NCBI GenBank assembly: GCA_000182565.2
Contig: KQ257452.1
Reading direction: 5' to 3' (one strand)
Source: Spizellomyces punctatus DAOM BR117
Lineage: Eukaryota
Length of the DNA stretch: 64,000 bases
Made by a program: the position numbers and the translations under genes. The notes under the pieces are model-generated. The model had not been told where the DNA came from and ran no database searches. It worked only from the letters and a program-made list of their open reading frames with translations. Positions 39,116 to 50,541 of this stretch are shown here, piece by piece (position 1 is the first letter of the stretch; each line of letters begins with the position of its first letter).

Positions 39116-42100
39116 CTAGATACTCATGTTTGCGGGTACTTCTCCTTCCCTCTTCGCCTTGGCTCGCTCCACCATCTCTGACCAGACGTTCAGCGCCACG
39201 ACAGCCGACGGCAACTCATTCTTCAAATCAAAAGTCCACTCAGGGAAGTGCCTGTCGATGTAGGCCCACAGATCCTTCTCCGTTTGTCGGCTGACCTTGT
39301 CCTTCCTAACGGACAATAGCCCTAAAAAGTTTCTAAAGAGTTTCTGTGTCGGATTTACGCCATCCTGGGGCATCTCTTCCATGACAACTTTGCAAGCTGC
39401 TGGGACTTTATCACATCGAACCAGTGCCTCGATCAGAGACGTATAATTGTTCGGGTCTAATGGAACCTTTGCAGACCGAAGCTGATTCCATACTTCGTGA
39501 ATCTCGTCAAGACGATTGGAGAAGGCGAGAGCATCGATAACTACTGAAATCATAGCGGTTTTCACTCCGTAATGCTCCTCAAATGCACGGTCAGTGTCCA
39601 ATACGCTAGAATTTAGCAAGGGTTTTGCCTTTGGTCGCCATTGTTGCTTCCAAATATTCAGAGCTTTCTCCCACTCATTCCCATACCCGTAGCCGCATAT
39701 CAGTATAGTCCACGTTGACGAATCTGGCTCCAGCTTCGGAGCAGAAGCTCCTTCCAACCCCCATTTGCCTTCCAACATCAAGTTGAATATTCGCTCCATC
39801 GACTCGGACTTGCCCTGCTTCCCGTACCAGTCGAGAATGGAGTTCATTGCGTGAGACTTGCTGTCCAGTTCACTTGCTAAACGACGGATTTTGTGGATGT
39901 ACTCTGTTGCACCATCAAAACTTCGAACAGCAGTATGTGCTGCCACAATGGCGGCACACATCAAGGCATTCTCCGCAATCCCGTATGACTTGACTAGATC
40001 GACAATCCTCAGAGCTTCGGACAGGGATTGGGTTTTCTTAGCAATTGTAGTTACGACAGGCGTGTATATTGATGGATCTATCCGCCGCTTGAAAATTTGT
40101 AAAGCGTCTTCAAGCGCCTTCGTTGCTCCTCTCAGATCGCCATTTCGCAAGGCGTGGTGTACAAGGATAGAATATGTGATCTCATCCACCAAACCAGACC
40201 CCTTAGCCTTCATTTCGTCCACTAATCGTCGGGCATCCTCCTCACGACCGTGTTTAAGATACGCAACGATCATCGTGTTGTAAACTTCGGCTGTTAATGC
40301 ACCTCTGCAATCTGCAGACTGCCGCATCACGCGTTCCGCTGTTTCCAAATCTCCACGGACGCAATAGAGGTCTACTGCCGCGCGATACACCATTGCATCG
40401 GGTGGCATAAGCCCTTGTCCGGCTTGAATGTGTTCCCAGATCACCATGGCCCTTTCTAGCTTCCCATTCTTCAATAACCCATTCAGGAGCGTGCCATCCC
40501 CAACACAGGATGTAGCCACTCCTTTTGCTTTCATATCTTCCCAAAGTTTCTCTGCCTGATCATCAAGACCCGCTCGTAATAGTCCATTCATAAAGATGTT
40601 GTAAGTGTATTCGTTAGGTTCTATTCCAACCTCTCGCATTTCTTGGACGATGTTTCTTGCTGTACCGAGCCGTCCGTTTTTTATCATGACGCCAAGAATG
40701 GTACTGTAAAGAACGACATCCCTCTTGATTCCTCGCCGACTCATTTCCTCAAGCATAGTTGCAACACGCGCAGAGTCCCCCTCTTTTGCAAACCAGTTGA
40801 TAAGAATTGTGAATGTGATAACATCAGGAGGACACCCCATTATTTCCATGTCGTCGAAAAGTTTAAGAGCCTCGTGCTCGTTTCGCACTGAAAGCAGAGA
40901 AGATATCAAATAATTGTAAAGAGGTGTGTCAAAGAATGGTTCATTTTCTGCGGCCGATGCTTCGCGTTTTGTCGGAGTCACGAGACTTCTCACGGCCGAG
41001 TACAGGGACAATGCGCAAGAGATTTCATCCTGTCCTAAAAGTTTTCGCATAATGAGTGTAATCGATTTTTTTGCTGGGACCAATCCCGCCCGGCAAATAT
41101 CCTTGGCAAGCATGGATGCTGGTACTGTCAGGCCTCCCTCCTTGCTGACAACGGCCAAGAGCTTCTGAGCAAGCATAGGATCCTGACTGAGAAGCTTTTG
41201 TCGAAGTTTATAGTCCGTGTCGCCCACTTTCCTGTACATGGTTATCGCTGCATGGACACGTCCGAGACGAATGTATCCAGCAATCATGATTCGCCAAGTA
41301 TCGAGGTGTGGCTTAACACCTTTAAGCTCAACCTCGTTCAGCAGTTCGTTCGCATCAGTGGGGTTTTCATGATACATCAAATGATCCAACAGAAAATTAT
41401 ACGTTCCAATGTTTGGGCGGTACCCTTCTTGCTCCATTTGCTCGAGGATCACTTTTGCATCGGCAAGAGTGCGCACGGACGATCTGCTCACACTGATGAC
41501 CCTGTTATATTCCCAGGTGGTAATACTATTGGGACCTAAATGTTGGCGCATGGCATCCAGGATGCTCCTGACAACCATTTGAAGCTGCTCCTCACATTTT
41601 TTCAGTTCGCTGTCCGACATCTCTGCGCGCTTTTTTGTCTTGCCCAGCATGCTAGACTCTCTCAATAGTTCTGCAACTACCGTCAAGCACATGTCGCGCT
41701 TCCAGTTCGCATCTCCCTTTTGTGCCATGCGATTCGCAACCAGTCGAGAGACCTCTTCAAAATGACCAGACTGGAAGAGGCCCCGCGCCAGCATCGCGTA
41801 CGTTTTGCAATCTGCATCTATATGCAATAGCTCTTTCACATCCACCAAGAAAGCCTCTGCCTCTTCCGCCGTCCGCCGCTGAAATGCGCTCGCCTGTGCC
41901 AGTATATGCACGTCGAGCTGATTCACTGGAACGTCTGCTTTTTGCTTCCACAGAATCATCTTCACCACCCGCTTGGCAGAAACCTCTGGTGAATTAGAGC
42001 GTCCTAGGGTTAGAACTATAGTCCTCCATTGGAAGGGACTGAGATCGCGCAACATCTTTGGCTCGTGGGAAGCCAAGTGCTCCAGGAGTTCATAGACCTT

Positions 42101-42376
42101 GTCGGGATTGGGATCTTGTACTTGCAGCTGGGACTCAAGATGTTTTCTTAAAGAATCACCGTCAAAAGACACAGCGATGGCCGTCCCCGCCCTCGAGGCA
42201 GTTGGAGCACGTCGGGAGGATCTATCCTTGACTTGAGCCGACTGCAAGAACCGCCTGTTGGTCCAAGCAACCGCCAAAAGGGCTTGCGGCATGGCCGGCC
42301 AACGTGGCGACCTTGTCCCATGAGAACATGCGCAAACAAGCCTTACCGCAGTTCTCGTACTAGGCCTTGATGTCAT
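39116..42376 (-). CDS. Pentatricopeptide repeat protein, probably mitochondrial, intronless
   Basis: ORF over 1080 aa with many 35-aa PPR units (PDVITFTILINWFAKEG, PNEYTYNIFMNGLLRAG). Arg-rich N-terminus. Confidence 0.93.
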   Translation of the reverse strand: MTSRPSTRTAVRLVCACSHGTRSPRWPAMPQALLAVAWTNRRFLQSAQVKDRSSRRAPTASRAGTAIAVSFDGDSLRKHLESQLQVQDPNPDKVYELLEHLASHEPKMLRDLSPFQWRTIVLTLGRSNSPEVSAKRVVKMILWKQKADVPVNQLDVHILAQASAFQRRTAEEAEAFLVDVKELLHIDADCKTYAMLARGLFQSGHFEEVSRLVANRMAQKGDANWKRDMCLTVVAELLRESSMLGKTKKRAEMSDSELKKCEEQLQMVVRSILDAMRQHLGPNSITTWEYNRVISVSRSSVRTLADAKVILEQMEQEGYRPNIGTYNFLLDHLMYHENPTDANELLNEVELKGVKPHLDTWRIMIAGYIRLGRVHAAITMYRKVGDTDYKLRQKLLSQDPMLAQKLLAVVSKEGGLTVPASMLAKDICRAGLVPAKKSITLIMRKLLGQDEISCALSLYSAVRSLVTPTKREASAAENEPFFDTPLYNYLISSLLSVRNEHEALKLFDDMEIMGCPPDVITFTILINWFAKEGDSARVATMLEEMSRRGIKRDVVLYSTILGVMIKNGRLGTARNIVQEMREVGIEPNEYTYNIFMNGLLRAGLDDQAEKLWEDMKAKGVATSCVGDGTLLNGLLKNGKLERAMVIWEHIQAGQGLMPPDAMVYRAAVDLYCVRGDLETAERVMRQSADCRGALTAEVYNTMIVAYLKHGREEDARRLVDEMKAKGSGLVDEITYSILVHHALRNGDLRGATKALEDALQIFKRRIDPSIYTPVVTTIAKKTQSLSEALRIVDLVKSYGIAENALMCAAIVAAHTAVRSFDGATEYIHKIRRLASELDSKSHAMNSILDWYGKQGKSESMERIFNLMLEGKWGLEGASAPKLEPDSSTWTILICGYGYGNEWEKALNIWKQQWRPKAKPLLNSSVLDTDRAFEEHYGVKTAMISVVIDALAFSNRLDEIHEVWNQLRSAKVPLDPNNYTSLIEALVRCDKVPAACKVVMEEMPQDGVNPTQKLFRNFLGLLSVRKDKVSRQTEKDLWAYIDRHFPEWTFDLKNELPSAVVALNVWSEMVERAKAKREGEVPANMSI

Positions 42377-43008
42377 TCCGTTGGCGGCCTTCCATGTCAC
42401 TCACCTGTTCCTGAATCCCATTTCCAGGTCGTTGCTTGGATACCCCGACTGTGGCAAATGCATGCAGTGTGCGATGCCTTTGCCACCTCAAGTGTGCTTG
42501 CAAAAGTTCCGCACGTAGATCCAAAAAGTCAATTCCTCCAATTTGTTAAAACCTCCTCCCGCCCCTTCAACACGCTTGCGATAATTCTCCGCGGCGATAG
42601 CGATATGTACGCCAAATCTCCATCTTGTACGCTCGTTGCTTGCATTTGTCAGTTTGCATTTGTCAGATATCGCTATTAGCGTATTCCCATCGACAAACCC
42701 TCAAATCCAATGATGGAAATGACGACAAAATTATTTCCTTTTTTGGTAATGAATTGCGCGCATCCACCAAAGAGGTTTCATCACTGGTGACTCTCCTCCC
42801 GATAGCCTTTTTTTTTCTTTTTTTTTATTGGACACTAGGCCAACATGTCGGACTTTTCTTTTTTCACGCCTTTGGCCCTCCAAACAAGTTATTCCGCCCC
42901 AATTATTCCACCAACGAGGATCTATAAAGGAAACTTCGCTTTGGAGTTTTCCCTTCCTAGGGATTCGTTTTTGGTCAACCAACAACTCTAGACAGTACAC
43001 CATTCGAC

Positions 43009-44579
43009 ATGCAAACTATTGTTCACAGTAATCCAATCCCACCAGTTAGAGAAGTTCCCCGAAAGCCTTTGATCACAGCAAGGAAGAGTGTTGGACTGGT
43101 TTCCACTGCTCGCAATGTCCCCAATGTCCTTCACAACTGGTCTGGTATAAATCCGATAGCACGCACGAGTCAAATACGCTATCCAAAGACTGAGCAACAG
43201 CTATCGAATCTCGTACGAAGATGTAAAGGCAAGATTGGCATCGTAGGAAGTGCGTTATCATTTGAAAAGATTGCCACAGTTCCGCTTTCCGATGACACAT
43301 CCGTGCTCGTGAATCTGAAGCACTTTACCGGATTACAGCGCATGACGGAGAGCACCGCAGTCTTTGGTGCGCAAACAACAGTTGATGATGTTATCCGTAT
43401 ACTTGGCGAACATGATCGAATGATGCCATGTAGTCCGGGAGTGATCGGTATACAGACACTGGCAGGATCCATGTCGACGGGCACCCACGGACAAGGCCTG
43501 TTTCAAAGTGCCTATTCAGACATTGTCGTGTCTCTCCGAGTTGTCCTCCCAGATGGGGAGATTGCCGTAATAGGCGGCGAGCACAGCCGGAGCGATCTCC
43601 CACTTCAAGCCTTTGTAACATCATTGGGAATGCTTGGAGTTATCACCGAGGTTGAAATCAGGACAGAGCCTCGCCGAGTATTTGCCTGTAAAAAGGTCAC
43701 CTGTGACTTTGATGATTTCATAGAAGATTATACAAAGTGGAACCAACAAGTCGAATATGTAAAAGTTTGGTGGTACGTATCTCTGTTGATATTCGATATA
43801 TCTGCCCATCCCTGAAACATTGCAATAGGTTTCCAGAAACCGATCAGGTTCACGTTTGGTTTACCGATCCGGCTTGCCCCAAATCAAGTGCATACTTGGA
43901 TTTCCTTTCCTCCTCCCGCGATCATCCTATCGAATCCGCCGTGTGCTCGGCGGCACTGAACGATACGGTCAGCATATATTGCAACGCCATGTCACACGAT
44001 ACCAAATCCTCCCACTCGCCCTCTTCCACTTCAGTCGCCCCCCAATTCAAGACCGTACGACGTTTCGCAGATGCGAGGGACCTCATAGGGTATTCGGAGC
44101 AAATCCTCTGTAAAGGAATTCCTGTACCCCAAATCAACTGCGAAATTGCTGTCCCTTTGGAAAACTTCACTTCAGCCACGTTGGCGTTGAGGGAATGGAG
44201 TATGAGGAACAAGGGGCGCTTGCATTATCCCTTCATTTATCGAGCGACAGGACGCAGTGAAGCTTGGCTGAGCCCTGCATTCCAAGGACCAGTAGTTTAT
44301 ATTGGGCTCCTTGTTTATATTGCGAGTGACGGAACCGTACGCGACGATGGTTTCGAGACAATGCGAGAAGTGCAAAAAATATTGGCGCAGTTTGGCGGGC
44401 TTCCCCACTGGGGTAAACACTTTGTCCCTGAACTATACGATTTCGAAAGAAGTTACACAATGTGGACTCGATTCGAACAGATTCGTCAGAAAACAGATCC
44501 GGAAAACAAGTTTCTCAATCCATTCTTGGGCACAGTGTTTGGAAGGCGGCGGAGTGCAAGTGCCAGCGCACATTTGTAA
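43009..44579 (+). CDS. FAD-linked aldonolactone oxidase/dehydrogenase (GULO/ALO family)
   Basis: HNWSG, VGSALSF, QTLAGSMSTGTHG, SLGMLGVITEV, C-terminal GGLPHWGK...DPENKFLN. One intron at 43773-43828. Confidence 0.9.
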
Positions 44580-44644
44580 TTTTAGATAAAACTAGTCTAG
44601 TAGTATGTAAATATTTTATATATATTTGATCAACGCACCAGTGG

Positions 44645-46187
44645 TCAATCAAACGGTAACGGTCGTGCCACGCGTGCTTTGACTGCCTCTCCACCAGCAG
44701 CGGCAGCGATCGCGCTGGGTACCCGTATCCCGCAACATTCCGGAAACTCTTGGCCAAACGCATGGATATGCCCTTGCCCACAAGGATCTTCCTCCTCATC
44801 TTCCTCCGCAAGGTGGATATGCCCGGATACACCTTCAAAAGGAAGAATCGACCCAAAAAGAAAGTGCTGCATGATGGGTAATTTCCCCAGCACTTCAGCT
44901 TTGTACATTTTCATCATTCCTTCAGCGATTTTGGCCCAAGTTTTCACGCCGCTGATGTCGTCCAGCATCGGTGAATGCCAACGTAGAGAGGCAGTCTTTA
45001 CCTAGTGACAGTACAAGATATAAGCAGGACAGACCAATTATAGAATTTCCATTGCTGAGATGTCCATACCGAATTGATGAACTTAATGCAGGCGAGGTAC
45101 ATGTAGTCTTTTGAAAACTCTTCCACAACATCCTTATCATGGATGGCCTTCGGCCTGATATACTTGTGATCTAATTTCATTCATCAGGAACCGGTGCAAC
45201 TGAAATCAACAAATATGTAATCGGACCAATACCCACCAGCCAATTGAGACGCTCCAAATAAAAATGGCAAGAAATGGTAATCATCCAATCCCCAAACTCC
45301 ATGCGATCCAGCAGGCTCAAGCCAGTAAGAAAACTGTAGACCACGCATTACGTCAATATACCTGAAGTTTCGACATGTAACATCAGCAACTACACTTTGA
45401 GACTTTCCAATGACAATGGGTAACCATACCGCCAAAATACATTGATCACGAGGGGAACATAATCAGATTCCACTATTAGACCAAGTCGTTCCAAGCATAA
45501 CCTTAGAGAGGAAATGCATGTGTAAGAGCGTCCTCAGCGTTGTAACAAGAATGAGACGCTACTTACAAAAAGGCGATAAAATGGGCCTCATGTCCCGTCC
45601 CATAATCAATTCGCTTCCGGTTCCCAAAACTATGCATCAAATAAGTCGCAAGTTCAGCTGCTTCAATTCCTGGGACGATTTCTTCCACCAATGATTGCGC
45701 ATTCTAATTGCGCAAAAATAAGCCATTAGAGGGACTCAAAGAGTATGTCCAGAAGAGCAAAGCGAATCTCACCTCTGCCAACCGATCGTACCACGTCCGA
45801 AATGCAGGATTTCCAAACCTAGATTTCGAGTTGTCAACAGGCAAAATCTCCCTTGTCCAGTCATCCAAACGGTCGAGTATTGAAAGAAGGGATGTGACAA
45901 TCTATAGATCGGCATAACCAAAACAAGATTAGAGATCATGTCATGTTCACATCAACGTAGAGATGACACACCTGAGACTTTTCCGTTTCCTCCCTTAACC
46001 GCTTCCCGCGAACAGCTGCACTTAGTTTCTCGATAAATTGGACGATACCCGTGTACGTGTCACTTGTTTGGAACTTTTCCAAATCTTCTTTGGTCAGAAT
46101 GGCACGAGATGGGATGCGCGAGGTGTTGGCCGTGTCCGCACCCGTGCTATCCAGTTGTGTTAACGGTGATTTTGTTACAGTAACCAT
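44645..46187 (-). CDS. RRD2: PP2A activator PTPA, Rrd2/Ypa2 type
   Basis: [82 protein letters not shown]. Confidence 0.93.
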
Positions 46188-46318
46188 CTCGGTATTAGTG
46201 TAATTCAACGCGGTCTAGAGTCGTTTGCTCCTGGGACTTTGCTCTCCACGAGTGAACCAAGTCAAAGCAGGAAGCACGTGATACTGTCGCCCAAATCGTG
46301 ATCGGTTACGTAATCATA

Positions 46319-46931
46319 ATGTATGTGGTTTGGCACGCTGTAAGGCGATCTAATTGAAGTGCCTTTCACTGCCTTCCCATCCCTAGGATGCACCGGATTT
46401 GATTGAAAGCCAGGGATCACTTCTGAACTTTTATATCAGGCTAAACAGCATCGACCAACCGTCTTCAGATCTGTTGAAAAGGCTCGCGGACGTCAACGTC
46501 CTTTTACCTATTATGAATTGAACGCAAATCAGAAGAACAGGTGGAAGGAGGCGACCAACTGAAAGGGAAGATGGTAGATGGGTAATCCAATTTCACTATA
46601 CCAATGCTAATTTAGCTTGGTATACGCATATCTTACATGCCGTAAGCAGTCGATACAGTCACAATAATGTTCCCGTTATCACACGAATGGCTTAGCGGAA
46701 TTTATGGCCCATCTCAAACAAGATGTAGAAATACCTCCGTCCATCCGTGTGTCTGCGGAACTTTCCAGCTTCGATAAAGCCACACTTTTAATTTACTGCA
46801 GTGCAGATGGGGACTTGGTAGCCCTCCAGCTTATAAATATGTATGTAGGTAGTTGATTGTAAATCTAACAGTTAAATTTAAAGTCTTTCATTGAAGACAG
46901 TGAGATTTTAAGCAAGTTCTTTCCATATTAA
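46319..46931 (+). CDS. Possible small multi-exon hypothetical gene, not in the ORF track
   Basis: ATG at 46319 (MYVVWHA|DAPDLIESQGSLLNFYIRL...), followed by regularly spaced donors (gtaagg, gtaatc, gtaagc, gtatgt) and YAG acceptors. Downstream phases are ambiguous. Confidence 0.3.
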
Positions 46932-47268
46932 CAACTCAACAAGTAATAATCCAAAGTAAATAAAATTAATAAGTTATCACCTTGCCGTACTGATATTACT
47001 GGCGCACATGTCGCTTCGGAGGAGGTAAGTTATTGGTCATTGTAATTAGAAGAGACTTTGTGAGCTGAAATATTGGCTTGTTCCGGCGCTGAGACGAATG
47101 GTGTAACGAATGGTCGACGCGGATTAGAATTGTTGTTTTTTTCTCCCGTTTAACAGATTACTGCTCCCCTAGCTCCACCACATGCTGCTACCGAGAAGTA
47201 AATACAGGAGCAGCCACCAAAACTGACTCGGGGCTGATAAATTATCGTTGATTTCAATTCAAGTGAGT

Positions 47269-48366
47269 TTATCGCCTCCTCCTGTCATAGTCACGGTCAC
47301 GGTCACGGTCGCGGCGGTCCCGATCATCATACCGGTCCCTCCGATCATCCCGAGACCCGCGGTCCCTGCGATCGTCATAACGGTCTCGCGGAGCATACCG
47401 ATCGTGCCGGTCGCGACGATCATAAGAATCTCGGTCACGACGGTCCCTGTCTGTTACAGATCCTATTTGAGCGACATCAACAAAAACCGGGATACACACG
47501 AGAGATGGTGGAAGCGTACCTTCACGCTTGGGTGGGCCATAGTAGCGGCCCGGCGTGGGAGTTCGAGCACGACTCCTTTTGGCCTGATAAAAAAAAATGG
47601 TAAGGGCTTCGCTTCGTGCTCTGACAGCAGGCGGGTCGAGCCCTCACTTACCCTTTCGACGGTTACGATTCTTCCGTCAACATCCAGCTTACCACTCTCT
47701 TCTACAGCTCTGTCTGCATCTTCCAACCTGACAAATGACACAAAGGCAAACCCGCGCGAGTCACGAGTGTGTGGATCGTACCTGAGTCCACAAAGACGGT
47801 TAGTATTTGGCTGCCCACTGCAGATTAAATACGACCATACATTATCTGGCATCGTTCAATCTTTACAACCAAAGACGAAGGCTTCTCAGAACTGGGGAGA
47901 CGTGTATCGTTTCATTGCTGAAAGGTGGCACGGGCTCGTACCTCTCCAAATTTGCCAAAGGCCCTTTCAAGGTCGGTTTCGCGTGTCCTTTGACCAAGTC
48001 CAGTTACAAACAAATTGTTTCCAGGATTGCGGCTTGCTTCAGCCCTACGGTATCGAGAGCGAAAGAAGGTGCAAATCAGTTAGGAGTGGGAGAGTGTGGC
48101 AAAACTGCAATTCGCGGGAGCTTACGAGTCAGGGCGACCCCTATCGCTGCCCCCCCGACGAACGGGAGAAGCAGATGACCTGTCTCTTGGCCTACGATCC
48201 GGAGAAGGAGAGCGAGAGCGAGGCGGCTCGCCGCGGGTGTCAATGCGAATATCACCGTCACCGTCAATGCTCACTGACGTAGGATACGCAAACGTCGGCA
48301 TCAGAATCAAATTCTCCAAGTCGGCTGCAATTAAAAGTTCCAGAACAGTTCCTTGGTGGGCTTACT
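47269..48366 (-). CDS. Transformer-2/SR45a-like single-RRM SR splicing regulator
   Basis: RS-rich N-terminus, RRM NPGNNLFVTGL...DPHTRDSRGFAFVSF, signature KRSRARTPTPGRYYG, RD-repeat tail. The start codon appears split (A|TG) by intron 48365-48274. Confidence 0.88.
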
Positions 48367-49085
48367 TTTGTGAGGGGAACTGCTCAGTTGAAGCTGGTTT
48401 TTATAGTATTCACGCAATTGATGATTGCGTCGCGGATGGCCCGAGATCGTGCGGTGTCGAGGTTGCCCACCTGCCGGATCCTGGAAGGTTAATTGGCATA
48501 CGCCACATTGTGGCTCTACTGTGGCTTAAATGAGATTTTGGCCCCATCGTTCCCGACAAAAGGACAATCTGTCACCCAATTCCATACATCCAAGTTACCC
48601 TTGGCCCCTTCAACGCGGGGGGGATAACACATGCGATACCACACACCCCCCCAGGCCATATTTCGAAGATGACAACGGCATCTTTCCAGAATTTCTTTTT
48701 AGATTAGCAAGCAGGGCAACCTTATGGTCCACAATGAAAGGCTCTTAGTTTTGTTTGGTCACATGTAAAGCGTGGGCTCCGAGGATCAACGCAGGTCAAT
48801 CAAGTGTACAGGATACCTACTTCAAGTACTTTGAGCCCACAAGGGCCTATTATTTTTGAACACGCGCAGACCCTTACTGCTAGTATCATGAAATGAATGG
48901 TTAATGACTTTTGCTCAGAATAAACATGAACAATACTCAGTTATGGCGTGGCTGTGAACGAATTTACGAGAAACCCAGTAAAAGACGCAAGAGCAACTCG
49001 CAGTATCAGACCCATCCATAAAAAGGGTGTAACCGCCATTCCTCCCCCCACTAGTTTTTGCATTACATAGCATTACTTTATCAAC

Positions 49086-49352
49086 ATGTCCACTGATGTT
49101 CAAACTATTCCCCTGGAGCCTACTCCTGCAGAAAAACAAATCAACAATGTTGATCAACGCATTTTAACCCATGCGGTATGTATGCTTGTATCATCGTTTG
49201 CTGTACCTTCTATAGCCAATTCCCCTTTTTCATTCAATTAGACGGAACAACTGAACCAACTTGTGAAAGCGTATCTCGAGGCGTATCCTGCGGATGCGAA
49301 CGATGTCGCAACTTCACCAGATCCATTAAAGTCACAATGTTATTTTTTGTAA
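49086..49352 (+). CDS. 66-aa two-exon protein with C-terminal CaaX prenylation motif (CYFL)
   Basis: tcaacATG start. Exon 1 49086-49175, phase-0 intron GTATGT...TTAG 49176-49241, exon 2 49242-49352. Protein: MSTDVQTIPLEPTPAEKQINNVDQRILTHATEQLNQLVKAYLEAYPADANDVATSPDPLKSQCYFL*. Confidence 0.7.
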
Positions 49353-49598
49353 TCACCAAGAAATCGCCCATGGGAATGTTGTTGGAAGGAGATAGACACG
49401 ACATGATGGAGTGCTTGAACTATCATTTATTAAAGTGGTGTGTGTGTAGTTTGTAGTTTGTGTTTGTGTAGTAGTGTATAATAGTAATATATCCAAAATT
49501 TATTTTGAATGTGTTTGTGGATTGGCTGATGATGTCGTCCACAACAGGAATACCTATTCTACGTTGCAATACAAAGGGCATGTACATACAGTCAACTA

Positions 49599-50541
49599 TC
49601 AATAGCCTCCTCGTCGTCGTCCTCCTTGCTTTACCCTGCCACCCGCAACAGATCTATCGCCAGCAATATTCGCAATTGCCGTTTCGGCGCCCTCCCGGAA
49701 CGCAGACGGCGCAAGTGGTACGATATGTCGGATAGCATCCGTAATATCTCGTGGTTTCTGTTTTGGCTTGACAGGTGGATTGGGGACAATATCTTCGCAA
49801 CGGAGTGGATCAAAGGTATTGTTTTTAAAATACAGCTTTGTTGCTCGCGCGCCGGTTTTATACTGTAAGCTGCAAAAGTTACCATTTAATGGACATTGAC
49901 TCTGTCGATGTCATGCCTACCATAGCTCTCGCATCCTCAGCAGCCAAAATCGTGCCTTCGGGAGAATTCAGATAGTGTAACGTGATAGGATTGTATCCTG
50001 AACTATCGACAGACTTCTCATATAGCACACTGATGATTCTTCAGTATTGCGCCGATAACCCACCTGTTTTTGCCAACTCTCGTTGTTGCACGCTTTTGTT
50101 CTCTCAATGTTTCTATTCTCTCAGTCTCAGCAGCCATGCGATCCCATCGTGCAGTTTCAAGGTCAGATAGCCAATTGCTGTTCAATTTGAAGCAGTCAGT
50201 CAGTGCAAAGATCCGCAGCAACGTCCGACGGCTCCTACCGCTTCACTTGTATCCTCCGTGCCTTCTTCTCTTCGCTGTCCTTCTGTCTCAGTTTTTCGGC
50301 TGTGGCTACATCCGTCTCGTAGCGATGTTTGTCTAACAGCCGAGCGAAATCATATTAGCATGAAGTATGACGTGAGGAGTCTTTCAAGCTGGCAAATCAC
50401 ACCATCCATAACTCCTCCAAATTTGAAGACGAGATCGCTCGTATTTCGAGAGTTGTTCCCGATTCGTCGTACTCGACCACATGGCTCAGGCGCCAGTACT
50501 GTCGGATTTAACTTGATGTATGATTCTTCTTGTAACGACAT
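49599..50541 (-). CDS. Hypothetical charged helical protein, candidate flagellar protein
   Basis: Five-exon model MSLQEESYIKLNP...RYETDVATAEKLRQKD...ETARWDRMAAE...GYNPITLHYLNSPEG...YKTGARATKLYFKNNTFDPL...RRRGGY*. The splice junctions checked keep frame. Confidence 0.65.

Noticed and set aside
47248-48282. 344-aa plus-strand ORF
   Set aside because: Antisense to the Tra2-like gene. Its Val/Ile/Pro/Thr composition is the reverse complement of RD repeats.
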